From: the human T2T-CHM13v2.0 reference genome, Homo sapiens
Reading direction: 5' to 3' (one strand)
Length of the DNA stretch: 64,000 nucleotides
Assembly: GCF_009914755.1 (NCBI RefSeq)
Contig: NC_060933.1
Below the pieces are notes generated by a model. It saw only the letters and a program-made list of their open reading frames with translations, had not been told where the DNA came from and searched no databases. Of the stretch, positions 27,718 through 40,759 are shown in pieces; the first letter of the stretch is position 1; each line of letters begins with the position of its first letter. Position numbers and translations under genes: made by a program.

Positions 27718-28480
27718 TTTTTTATTGTTACATAATAGATGTACATTTATAAGGGTACATGTAGTATTTTGATACATTCATATAATATATAATGATTAAA
27801 TCAGGATAACTGGGATATCCATCATCGCCACAAATATTTACCTTTTCTTTATGTGGGAATATTTGGAGAATTATCTTACAGCTGTTTCGAATAGCTGTAA
27901 AATAGATTATGATTCACTGAAGTCACCCTACTGAGCTATCAAACACTATGTCTTATTCCTTCTAACTGTATTTTTGTACCCATTTTTCCTCTCTTTATCT
28001 TTCCTTCCCCATACCCTTCCTGGCCTCTGATAACCACCGATTTACTTTCTATCTTCATGAAATATAGCTTTTAATCCCTATGAAAATATTAATGACATTC
28101 TTCACAAAGATAGAATGAAGTCCTAAAATTTGTATGGAATCACTAAACACCCTAAATGGCGAAAGCAGTCCTGAGAAAACAAAAAAGAACAAAGCCTGAG
28201 GCACCACACTACCGGAATCGAAATATACTACTAAGCTATAGTACAAAAACAGCAACATAAAAACAGACACATAGACCAATGGAACAGAATAGAGAACCCA
28301 GAAATAAAACCACACATTTGCAACCAACTCATTTTTGACAAAAGCACCAAGAACATACCTTGAAGAAAGGACAGTCTTCAATACAAGGTGCTGGGAAGAC
28401 TAGATATCCATATGCACAGGAATAAAACTAGAGTCCTATTTCTCACCATATAGAAAAGTCAAATCAAAATAGATTAAGGA
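27718..28480 (-). mobile_element. L1MA-like insertion with inverted 5' segment (3'UTR on -, ORF2 piece on +)
   Basis: 27718-28078 is antisense L1MA 3'UTR; 28073-28480 is sense ORF2 (acagacacatagaccaatggaacagaatagagaacccagaaataaa). Confidence 0.75.
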
Positions 28481-28699
28481 TGTGAAGTTTTGGATGTCTA
28501 TATTTGAAGGAGGTGAAAGAAGAGCAGGAAAGGGGGCCAGTAAATGAGAAACCGATTAGCAAGAAACAAATACAACACTTAGGTATTAATTTAACATTGT
28601 TATTATTAAAGGGTATAACATGTTATTGTGAGATTTTTAAAATTATAATTACAGTGATTTATTATGTTCTTGGATGGTAAGTCTGAATATTTAAAGAAT

Positions 28700-29200
28700 A
28701 TTTACAAATGTCAAGTTTCTTCAAATTACTATATATGTTAAATGCAATACAAATCAAAATACCAATAGAACTTTTCTAGCAATTTGATAAAATTGTAACA
28801 GATTGTATGAGAATTGTAAAAAAATTCTTCCTAAACATAATGTCAATACAGTCTAAAGGAAAAGGCCAATAGTTTTAAATGCAGTGAAAATTAAAATTTC
28901 TTAATGAGAGAAAATATACTAAAAATTATGTAGATTGAAACACTAACAAATATTTCAATAAATATAATGAACAAAATATAAATACCCTTTATATATAAAG
29001 CATTCTTATAAATCAACAATTTTAAAATTCCTTAAATAGAAATATGAGCAAAACACACAAGCAAGCAATGTGAAAACCTCATGAAAATTATAAAGCTGAC
29101 CATAAGCAGGGAAATATATTCAATTTTACTAGTAGTGCAAAAAATAAAAATAGAAATAATGAGATTCCTTTTGAAACTTGTTAAATTGAAATGATGTTAA
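28700..29200 (+). mobile_element. Decayed L1ME-like fragment
   Basis: aatgcaatacaaatcaaaataccaatag; tatataaag…cttataaatcaa. Confidence 0.45.
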
Positions 29201-29917
29201 AATGAAAATTCCATAAGATTGAAACAAATGGCCATTTTGAATTTCAAAATTTGTAAGTGTTCACAATGGACAATCACCAAAATCAGTCATCTCTCCAGTA
29301 TGGCAATCATTGTCACTCTGAAAATTGATGCTAAATCAATCTCCAGGAATGACTTCATGTTGTATCTACATAACACCAGAAGTTCCTCCAAAATTTAAAA
29401 GCATAAACCTATTAAATCTTAAATGGCTTATTCTCACAATCCAGCCAAGGCCACAGAAAGATTTGGTCCACTGGAATGCATTCTGAATATATCTCATTGG
29501 AGATTTAAAAACATGTATCCAAAATAATTTCATCAACCTGCAAGGTAAAATCCAGAATTTAAATAGTACGAGAGTGGTTGTTTCAGGTTCTACCCTCTGG
29601 GTCTGGAAAGCTCAGCTACATCTCTAGCCTATCTGAAGTGTACCAATTTACTCTTCAAGACCCATCTAGTACCTCTGTGAGGATTTCCCTGTATTCCTCT
29701 CCTCCTACTTCTGGTAGAGTAGAAATGTCTTCCCAGTCTCTTATATATACCTCCATTACAGTATGTTACATACAATGCACGTCTGCTATATTAATTATCA
29801 TTTGCACGCTTTTTTCTCTTACCAGGTAGAGTCTTTCTTAAACAGAGGATTTTTTTTAATTTCTCTGATTCAAGGGCATAAGAAGAGAAATAGAACACAT
29901 CATTGAGGAAGGGTCGG

Positions 29918-29985
29918 AAGAAAAAGAGAGAGAGAAAGAAAAAAGAAAGAAAGAAAAAGGTAAGAAGGAAAGAAGGAAAGAAGGA

Positions 29986-30041
<56 letters not shown>

Positions 30042-30065
30042 GAAAGAGAAAGAAAGAAAGAGAGG
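29918..30065. repeat. Compound (GAAA)n/(GGAA) polypurine microsatellite
   Basis: ~14 perfect GAAA units at 29984-30040 within a longer purine tract. Confidence 0.97.
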
Positions 30066-31063
30066 AAACTGCATATTATGATCCAGTGCATCCCTTGGAT
30101 CCATCCCTTGGATGCATTTGTCCAAAGGTCCTTCCAGGGCTGAAAGAATGCAGGGCTATCCAGGAGGAGTGTAGTTAGTTAATCAATGGCTTTTATCAGG
30201 AATAGGCAATTTAAAGTGCAATTGACCTTAGTAAGTACTAAGCCAATTTTTCGTACAATTTTAGAACTAGGTAGGGTTTTAATATTTGTATAGTTTTCAG
30301 GTATATGTATCAGTCAGCTTGTAGGTAGGCTGCAGATCTAATCTCAGTATCAGTTTGTGGAAAATTTCTAACCCATTGGATTATTATGAAGATTTAATGA
30401 AATAATCGATCTAAAGAGCTTGGCAAAGTGTCTGGCACATACTAAGCACTCAATAAATCAAGGGCCATTATTATTATATGATATATGCCTTCCAATGTAC
30501 AGATCAGAAACTTGAAGCTCTGATAATGTATGCAAATCCAATAGGAGCTGGCAGAACAAGAAGTAAAATCCAGACATCCCCAGTGGTTCTCAAGCTATCT
30601 TTAAACATTATTAGGCTTTTGGTTCTGTTTTACTAAATTCCATGGACCATGGTCCCCTATTATTTAGGAGAGATAGAGCAGCTGCTCAAGGAAAGAAAAA
30701 GGTTGAACTTCTTTTTGCTATTTTCCTCTAATTTTTTCATCCCATCTGACCCAGCTATAATTTATGTCTCATTTTAAAATAAGAATGGTAAATTACACAA
30801 TTAGTTGTACTTCTCTAAAATGGAAATGCAGAATCTATATTGTTCCATTCTCCCCTTCTATGTGGCTGGTATGTATTCTTTAACAATAAAATCAATGTTC
30901 TCTTTTTTCCTATGTTAAACACTAAATATTTAAACTACATACACAAGTAACACTTGAAACTCAGCAATTAAAAAAAAAAAGTATAAAATGACTCCTAAAA
31001 GACTGTTTAGAATCCCTCTAGTTAACAGCCACATACTATGTAATGAAGTTGCAAACAGATTTT

Positions 31064-31075
31064 CCACCAGAGGGC
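31064..31075 (+). promoter_or_regulatory. Candidate CTCF core motif
   Basis: CCACCAGAGGGC matches the CCASYAGRKGGC core in non-repeat sequence; motif only. Confidence 0.35.
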
Positions 31076-33749
31076 TTTTGCTTTGGTTACTATCCTTTTG
31101 GGGATTCCAGTGTGAGCAATATGAATGCCTAGCTTGCCATATGTCTGATAGTCAAAGGAAGGTTCAGGAAAGATGGCAGCAAAGAAGCCATAACATCTAC
31201 AGGATACTGAAATGCAAACTTGCCCTTTCCACAATTTAGCAAAAAGCCACAACACTTTGATGAATAATACACTATTTATTAATTATCCAGAGTAATTAGG
31301 GCTTTATTATTTATCTAGAATAAATATATAAATAAATAGTCATTCATAAATAGATCATCAGATCGATAGATGATAGGAGCTTAATACATGTAGTCATATC
31401 CTAATGATTCCATCTAATTACAAATTACAGAGCAACATATTGGCTTTGAAAAAAGATGAATCCTTTATTTTTGGAGCCAGATACTCACCTAATGAGGAGT
31501 TCCTACCTTTTATAATTATCTAGTGTGAACTATCTTTGCACAATATTTTGAAAGGTAGGCACCAAATCACTGCAGGAATACCTGTATTTTATGACTTTGG
31601 AAGGCAGTTCTACCTCCATTTTTAGAAAGCTCTCAGTGTTAGAGAGATCAACATTTTACCCAGCTAACTTTCTATATAGCTTCTACCTTTTCATCTTAGT
31701 TTTGCCCTGTGGAATTGTACGAACTAAATCAGATCCATTTGGCATACAGCAAGACCATGAATTGACTCATACATATCTTTCTTCCTTTGGTTTAAGTATC
31801 TATAATTCCTTACAGGAAAATGTTGGGATTTGAAACTTTATAACCAAAAAGATATTATTTCTGTTAATAAGCAATGTAATGATATTCATATATAAAGCAA
31901 AAGTTCCAGAAATATATCATCTATGTGCTATTTTTAAAAGTAATATTTGAATATTCAAGTAGCCTGAGAATGTAAAATAAAGAATAGAGAGATATGTTAT
32001 AAAATGATTTAAAAATCACTTACAAAGTTAAATCTAAACAATCACAAAATTAAATCTAGCTGATTTGTTTACAAAACTAAATGGGTCAAAATTATTCTTA
32101 AAACAAAATAATACTTTAATATAATAATTTAATATTTTGGAATTATTTTTTAGTTTTATGTTTTTATTAAATTTCTATATTTTTAAATGGGAAGACCTTA
32201 TTTTTACATAATGAGATGTGTCTCCTTAAAACATTTCCAAATCAAACTTGATTAGCATAGAAATTAAAATTTTTCTTTTCTTATTCCTGTATTCCCATAA
32301 TTTCTAGAATGCCAGGTTGTACTCATATAAGCATCCAGTATTTCCACATTTATTAATCAGAATAGAGATCATTCTCATGGATACACACTAAAACCTAAAG
32401 CATTATGGAACAAAGGTCATTCTCTTCTGAGAGTAAAACAGGAGAGGAATTCTTTTCTTTGACTGAACTTCTAAACATAACATACATATTTACAAAGAAA
32501 AGGATGGGAAAATAAAAACATGCAAAATTCCTCCTCTTATATATAGCACAGTTAAATTATATTTTGTTCTTATTTCATTAAAAAGGTAATTTTTAAAAGG
32601 AATGTTAAAGAGATAACCTTCCAAAATATTGAAAATAAAACAAAAATACCTTGGGCTGTGACAATAATATATGTTGATATAGACAATTAATAAAAGTCTA
32701 TAATAACTGTAGAAGAAAAAAATAAAGACAATTTTAATATACCTTGTTTACAAGAAAATAAGTTAATAGTAGGAACAAGTATCAGAGGAGCAAAGAAGAA
32801 GATGAAGAACAAGAGGAGGAGGAAGGAAAGGTAAAGGACCCTCCCTATCATCAGAAATGGCAGTGTTAATTTTAGACATAAAACAGAAGGCAAATAGTTA
32901 ACACAAAAAGAATGACCAAAAGATCTAATATGTGATGACAGAATAGTTGCAAAATGTGCGAACTGAATAATTTAGTATCAAAATGGGTTTAACAAAACTT
33001 TAAAAAATAAAGTGATAATCAGATAGAAATATATAGTTAGCAGGAAAATTTAACATATTGGCTTTCAGTTCTTTTATCAATCAATTAGAAACAGAGAAAT
33101 AAGGTCACAGGAATTTTACTAAAATTGAGGAATAAACGCTGAACTTTGTTCCCTCCTAATAAATAATTCACCTTTTATTCATGTATCCCTAGCCCATTTA
33201 GAAAAATTGAATATGGAGTTTATTGCAAAATAAGAGTAATTTAATTTCATCTCAAAAAAGAACAACTTGTACAAAGGAGCTGATTTGACCTAAAGGCAAT
33301 AAAAGAAAAACTAACACCAAAAGTTTCAACAAACAAACAAAACCGACTTCTCAGTTATCTTTATTTTAAAAAGAAAACCAAAACTCAAAATGCAAGTTGT
33401 GTTAGATGTGAGAAAAATTAAAATAACTATCAACGTCACATTTATTGTTCTAAAAACTTTCTTTGTAAGACAACATACTTTAGAAAATTTAGAAAAATTG
33501 TATTCAACAAATTCAATGAAAGGATAAAAAATACTATATGTGTGTGCATGTGTGTATGCAGTTAATTAAAATGTGAAAAACAGTTGAATAAACTGGTTCT
33601 GTAAAAAAATAAAAATACAGGTAAACTCCACTAAGTAAGCTACTCAGAAAGTAACAGTGTTGGCAGATTTCCAAAGCTAGAATCAGATGTAATTACAATC
33701 AAATGACAAATGTCATCTTTATCATACATGAAACTATGATATCAGGTTT

Positions 33750-34260
33750 GTTTTTGAGGTCTAATACCCTACTTGGCTTAATAGTTTATGTTTCAATAAC
33801 TGTAGCTTTATAATTTCATTTGATATTTGGTAAGGTAAATCCCATCTTAACTAATTTAAAATATACTATCACCAGCCAGTTATTAATATTATGTTTTATT
33901 TTTTCAATTAAAGACAGAGTCTTGCTCTATCACCAAGTCTACAGTTTTTATTATTATTAAATTTTGATTTTACATTGTTGAAAACCACAATAGTTATTGA
34001 GATTTTAATTGAATTGCAAAAAATCTGCAAATTAATTTGTAAATAATTTACATTTAGAGAATTTCATCTTCCCATACAGGAAATGGATGTGCATACTCAC
34101 TTATTTCTGTCTTCTTGCATGTTTATCCACAGTGCTTTGTTTTTTCAACATAATATGCCACATATTTCTTACTATAGTCTTAAATATGTTTTATAAATGT
34201 TGACGTCACAGTTTTACCCAATATATTTTCTTACTTGTTTATAATGGTATGTAGAGTATC
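33750..34260 (-). mobile_element. Decayed L1ME-like fragment
   Basis: aataactgtagctttataat…tttgatatttggtaaggtaaatccc; attttaattgaattgc. Confidence 0.5.
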
Positions 34261-35453
34261 AAATCAAATACTGTCAAAGCAACTTAACTAATGAAATAGT
34301 CATGTTTTTCTGACAAATAATCTTAATCTCAGCTATGACCACTATTTATTCAGCACACATTTCATGAGTTCCTATAAGACAATGAATATACTAATATATA
34401 ATATAGAGACCTCAATATGTAGTTGGAAAAACAAACCTGGGTTGAAGAATAAAATGTTTGACAGTGGGATCAATGAGATCAAGGGTTAGCTTAAGCCTCA
34501 AAAAAAAAATACTACCTTTATGAACAAAGAAAAATGGTAAAGATAGGTAAGGATATTATTACATTGGAAGGTGAAGGAGGACAACATGTTGAAAGAGTTC
34601 ATAATATATGCCTAAATCATTAGAAATAAAAGAGAAGATTCTTCCCTATATAGGAGCCATTCACTGACAAGCCATTTCCAAGTATATTTAAACTTTTACT
34701 TTTAGAAAAAAATTATTTTTTGGAGCAGTGTGGGAAAATTGGTTTTTCTTTTGGTATTTAAAATTATAAATACTAAAGGATTCTTAAATATTTAAGAAAT
34801 GTTTAATTTTTTAAAAGGAAGTATGAAAATCTAGAATTTAATCACATTAACTTCTACAATTAAAAAGAAAACAAAACTAATATCTATAGCAATATCATAC
34901 ATTTGGGAACAAGCATGAGATATTACACTGAGTTTTAAGACATCTGACACTCTCTTCCCTAATGGGTTTCAAAGGACATACTCCCACATAGTTATAGTAA
35001 AACTCTGTTATTTATGTTAATGGTTTTTGAGGAGATCCTTGAGAAGTCTTATCCCTCACCAAATCCTTGTTAGGTAAGTATGGTAAAGATGCCATTATCT
35101 CCATTTTACAGATCAGACCATCAACACACTCAGTTTCAATGATTAGTAGAAGGCACTAAGCATGCACAAAAATGGAAAGATAAAAAATATCCTGATTGCT
35201 AGGCATCTTAAAAAAAGGATACTTCCTATGCTTTATATATATATATTTTTTCTGCTCTTTTATACTTGTTTCTCTAATATTTTCAATGTCAATATTCAAT
35301 GTTTATATTTAAAGTAATAAAATCAGTATAATACATCATCCTTACCTTCACAAGTTCAAACCCCATGCTAATTGATGACTCTCTAAAACTATGTCTCTTA
35401 TATATTGGTAATTTTTACCCATAGAACTTCCCATATTTAAAAAGCTGAAAAGA

Positions 35454-35776
35454 GGCTGGGCACGGTGGCTCATGCCTGTAATCCAAGAACTTTGGGAGGC
35501 CAAGGCGGGCAGATCACTTGAGGTCAGGAGTTCGAGACCAGTCTGGCCATCATGATGAAACCTTGTCTCTACTAAAATTACAAAAAATAGCTAGGCATGG
35601 TGGCACACACCCATAATTTCAGCTACTCGAGAAGCTGAGGCTGGAGAATTGCTTAATTCTTGGCTCAGGGCAACCTCCTGGGAGGCAGAGGTTGCACTGA
35701 GCTGAGGTTGCGCCACTGCACTCCAGCCTGGGTGACAGAACGAGATTCTATCTCACAAAAAAAAAAAAAAAAAAAA
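35454..35776 (+). mobile_element. AluSx/Sz-like with ~20-bp inverted insertion in the right arm
   Basis: Alu dimer with poly-A; TSD aaaagctgaaaa on both sides. Confidence 0.93.
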
Positions 35777-35804
35777 GCTGAAAAAAGATTATGTTTTTCT
35801 CCCA

Positions 35805-36192
35805 GAGCTTATTAAGGTAAAACTGTCGAAGTTAGATATATTTACTGTATACAATATGATGTTTTGTTATATGTAAACATTGTGAAATGCTTAAGTCAAG
35901 CTAATTAATGTAACCAGCACCTCACATAACTCATCATTATTTTGTGTGTGGTGAGAACATTTAAGAACCACTCTCTTAACAATTTTCAAGTATACAATAA
36001 TTATTATTAACTGCAGTCATTATTCTGTACAGTAAGTCCCCAGAACATATTCATCCTGTTTAATTGAAACTTTGTACCCTTGGACCACCATTTCCCTACT
36101 CCCTCACTCCCCATGCCCTGCCAACCACCATTATACTCTTTGCTTCTATTAGCTTGACTTCTTGCATTCCCCATATAAGTGAGATCATGCAT
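35805..36192 (-). mobile_element. L1MA8/9-like 3' end
   Basis: caagctaattaa…cacctcacata…gtggtgagaacatttaag…gaaactttgtaccctt…ataagtgagatcatgca. Confidence 0.8.
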
Positions 36193-36365
36193 CTGGGGAA
36201 AAAAAAAGGCATGTCAACTCCATTGCTGTGAATATTAACTACTCACCCATGCATATGGGAAATACCCTGGTATCATCCAACCTGGGGATGCGTTTAGACT
36301 TCTATGATTCCATAATCAAGAGAATGAATTAAGGGCTTATACTTCTCATGAGAGAGACAGTAAAC

Positions 36366-36367
<2 letters not shown>

Positions 36368-36406
<39 letters not shown>

Positions 36407-36513
36407 TATATAATAGATATACAGTAAACATTTTAAATATATGTGTGTGGGGGGGTCTATGTGTGTGTGTATGTGTGGTCTGTGTGTGTGTGTGTGCGTA
36501 TCTGTGTGTGTGT
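36368..36513. repeat. (TA)~17 followed by imperfect (TG)n microsatellites
   Basis: Directly visible. Confidence 0.95.
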
Positions 36514-37726
36514 CATCTCCATTGATATGAAAAACATGTAAGTTATTCTAAAATCATTATTATCTGTCCCATTCCCTTTAATAAGTGACAGATAAACTAA
36601 TTAACTGAACAAATGGGCTCCAGTGAGTTTGAGCAACTAAACATACATTTACTTCCTATTTGAAAAATGTGTAACATTATGAAGACAATTACAGTCTTAA
36701 GTCAAATTGGCAGAAACTTAAGTATATCTGGCAAGATGACCTTGCCATTAGTGAGGTATTTCTGAGCAGAGGAATGACACTCCCAAACACCTAATATAAA
36801 ATGTTATGAGCAGTCATTTAATTTGAACACATGCAAAAGCCTGACTTGATTAAGAAGGAAAAATAAAATTATATTTATCGTTATAGAATAGTGTTATAAG
36901 TGTGACTTTGATCTTCAAAGTAACTTCTTTTTAATTCTCATTAAAAGTTGCTGTGTTAGGGTTTGCACCATCTCCTCTCCAACTCCAGCAAGTACAGCTC
37001 ATAGCAACAAAAGTGATTACTTCCTTCTGTTTAAGGAGAGGAGAGTGAAGACAAAAGAGGACTTTGTTTTGCCTTTTGGATGCCAGTTCAGCCACAATAG
37101 GATAGGCACCAGGTAGAGTTGTGAGGCCCCATTCCAGGCCCTAGCTCCCAGGTGACATTTCTAGGCAAGTCCTGGGCAAAAAGGGATCCTGTTGCCTTGA
37201 AGTGAAGGGCCTGGTCTTGGCAGAATTCACCACCTGCTGACTAAAGAGCCCTTGGGCCCTGAATAACCAGCAGTAATACCCAGGGTGTAAGCCATTGGCC
37301 TTGGGCTTTGAGCTGTGCTGGCTTCAGGTGAGACTCAGCACATTCCCACCTATGGTGGCTATAGTGAAAGACTCCTTCTATTTGAGAAAAACAGAGTGAA
37401 AAGTAAGGGGGACTTTGTCTTGGACCTTAGTACCAGCTCAGCCACAGTGGGGTAGAGCAACCAGCAGATTCTTGGGGTCCTGGAGTCCAGGCCTAGACTC
37501 TTAGGCAGCATTTCTGGACCTGCCCTGGGCCAAAAAGGAGCCCACTGCCCTGAAGGCCGAGTTCCAGGCCTGGCAGCATTCACCACAAGCTGACAGAACA
37601 GCCCTGGGGCTTTAAGCTAACATCAGCAGTGGCATGGCAGAACCCCCGGGGACTGGTGGTGATGGTAGCCACAAGCAGAAGCTTCTTTGACTATGTAAAG
37701 GGGAAGGAAGGGTGTGAAAAACTCAG

Positions 37727-38256
37727 TATGGGTAATATTGAGTGTCAACTTGATTGGATTGAAGGATGCAAAGTATTGTTCTTGGGTGTGTCTGAGACAG
37801 TGTTGCCAAAGGAGATTAACATTTGAGTCAGTGGACTGGGAGAGGCAGACCCACTCTCAATCTATGGGACACCAGTTCATCAGCTACCAGCATGGCTAGA
37901 ATAAAGCAGGCAGAAGAAAATGGAAAGAGCAGACTTGCTGAGGCTTCCAGCCTTCATCTTTCTCCTCTGCTGGATGTTTCCTGCCCTCGAACATCAGACT
38001 CCAAGTTCTTCAGCTTTTGGAATCTTGGACTTACGCCAGTGGTTTACCAGGGCCTCTTGTGCCTTTGGCCACAGACTGTCAGCTTCCCTATTTTTGAGGT
38101 TTTGGGACTCAGACTGGCTTTCTTGGTCCTCAGCTTGCAGATGACCTATTGTGGGACCTCAACTTGTGATCGTGTGAGTCAATACTCAATAAACTCCCCT
38201 TTATATATACGTATACACCACTACTTCTGTCCCTCTAGAAAACCCTGACTAGTACA
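37727..38256 (+). mobile_element. ERVL solo LTR MLT2A1/MLT2A2-like
   Basis: taatattgagtgtcaacttgattggattgaaggatgcaaagtattg start; aataaactcccct; end ctctagaaaaccctgactagtaca. Confidence 0.9.
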
Positions 38257-39880
38257 TGTGGTCTGAGTGCCAGCTAGGATGCAAGAGAGTAGAACATAAG
38301 GTGAATTGCTAAGATTTTTGACTCCAATCCCTGGCTTCCACACAGCATCTCTGGACATGCCTGGGCACTGAGAAATTCACCATCCTAAAGGGAAGGCCCT
38401 TGGGCAAGGTTTAATACTGTGCTGGCTTTAGGTCTGACCTGGCAGAGTCCCAGTGGTGGTGGCCACAAGGGTGCTTACATCACCACATATGCAGTTTCAA
38501 GTGACTCACCACAGAGAGAGAGAGAATCTCTACATTTGGGAGAAAGTAAGATAAAAGAACGAGAGTCTCTGCCTTGTAATTCAGAGAATTCTTCAGGATC
38601 TTATCCAAGACCAGCAAGGAGGTACCTTTGAGAGTCTGTAAAAACCACAGTATTATTTGTTTTGAAGCCAAAGTCCCTTTGAATACCTGGAAAGCCTCCC
38701 CAGGAAGGACATATGCAAACAAGCCCAGACTATAAAGACTATAGTAAATACCTAACTCTTCAATGCCCAGACACTAGAGAATATCTATAAGCATCAACAC
38801 TATCCAGGAAAATAGGACCTCATCAAATGAATTAAACAAGGTACCAGGGACAATCCTGGAGAAACAGAGATATGTAACCTTTCAGACACAGAATTCAAAA
38901 TAGCTGCTTTAAGGAAACTCAAAGAAATTCCAGATAACGCAGAGACGAAATTCAGAATTCTACCAGATAAATTTAACAGAGATTGTAATAAAAAGAATCA
39001 AGCAGGAATTCTAGAGTTGAAAAATGCCACTGACATGCTGAAGAATGCATCAAAGTTTCTTAATAGCAGAAATGATCAAGCAGAAAGAATTAGTGAGTTT
39101 GAAAACAGGCTATTTGAAATTGCACAGTCAGAGGAGACAAAAAAAGTCAATGAAGCACACCTACAAGATCTAGAAAACAGTCTCAAAGGGCAAATGTAAG
39201 AGTTATTGACCGTAAGGAGGAGATAGAGAAAGAGATAGAGGTAGAGAGTTTATTTAAAGAGATAATATCAGAGGACTTCCTAATCCTAGGGAAAGGTAAG
39301 AACGTTCAAATACACAAGAGGGAAACAGAACAACATGCAGATTTAGCCCAAATAAGACTATTTCAAGGCATGTAATAATCAAACTCCCAAAGGTCAAGGA
39401 TAAAGAAAGGATCCTAAAAGCAGCAAGAGAAAAGAAACAAATAACATACAATGGCACTCCAGTACATCTGGCAGCTGACGTTTCAGTGGAAACCTTACAG
39501 GCCATGAGAGAGTGAAATGACATATTTTTAATGTGATGAAAAAAATTTACATTAGAATAGTATATTTGGTAAAAATATTCTTTAAGCATGAAGGATAAAG
39601 ACTGTCCCAGACAAACAAAAGCTGAGAGATTTCATCAACACCAGACCTGTCCAACAAGAAATGCTAAAGGGATTTCTTCAATCTGAAAAATAAATGTTAA
39701 TGAGCAAGAATAAATTATCTAAAGGCACAAAACTCACTGCTAATAGTAAGCACAAAGAAAAACGCGGAATAGTTTAACACAGTAATTGTAGTGTGTATAC
39801 GTTTCCTGACTTAAGTAGAAAGACTAAATGATGAAACAATCAAAAACAGTAACACAACTTTTTGAGACATAGACAGTACA

Positions 39881-40408
39881 TATTCAGCCATAAAAAAGAA
39901 TGAGATTCTGTCATTTGCAACAACATGGACAGAACTAGAGGTCATTGTGTTCAATGAAATAAGCTAGGCACAGAAAAATAAACATCACATATTCTCACTT
40001 GTTTGTGAGATCTTAAAAATCAAAACAATTGAAACCATGGACATAATAAATACAAGGATGTTTACCAAAGGCCGGGAAGGGTAGTAGGGGGTGTAGGAAG
40101 GGAAGTGGAAATGGTTAATCAGTATAAAAATAAAGACTGAAAGAATGAATAAGACCTAGTATTTGATAGCACATCAGGGGAACTATAGTCAATAATAATT
40201 TAATTGTGCATATTAAAATAACTAAGAGTATAACTGGATTGTTTGTAACACAAAGGACAATACTTTAGGGGTTGAATACCCAATTTGTCATCATGTGATT
40301 ATTATGCATTGCATGTCTATACCAGAATATCTCGGGTACCCCATATTTATATACAAGTACTATGTACTGCAAAAATTAAAAATAAAAAAATTTAAAGTCA
40401 TAGGGTAA
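39881..40408 (+). mobile_element. Second L1MA2-like 3' end inserted in the host inter-ORF region
   Basis: tattcagccataaaaaagaatgag…aagaatgaataagacctagtatttg… plus A-rich tail; flanks agacatagacagtaca / agacacagtaca resemble a TSD. Confidence 0.85.
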
Positions 40409-40759
40409 AAGACACAGTACAGTAAGTCACAAAGAGAAACAAAATAGTTAAACAGTGCGGGGGGGGGGGTAAAGTTAAATGTAGGATTTTTATTAGGTTT
40501 TTTTTGCATGTTTGTTTGTTTGTTTATGCAATCAGTGCTAAGCTGTCATCTGTTTAAGATAATGGGTTATAGGATAGTATTTGCAAGGCTCACAGAAACC
40601 TCAAATTGAAAAAGCATACAATAGATATACACACAAAAAATTTTCAAAGCAAGAAATTAAAGCATACCACCAGAGAAAAATCACATTTATTAAAAGAAAG
40701 ATGGGAAGGAAGAAAATAAGGAAGAGAAGACCACAAAACAACCAGAAAAGAAATAATAA

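Noticed and set aside
29856-30178. ORFs rich in K/E/R or F/L/S
   Set aside because: Translations of the GAAA microsatellite
37036-38400. Three diverged ~330-350 bp repeats
   Set aside because: Internal repetition typical of L1MA-type 5'UTRs, not an independent array
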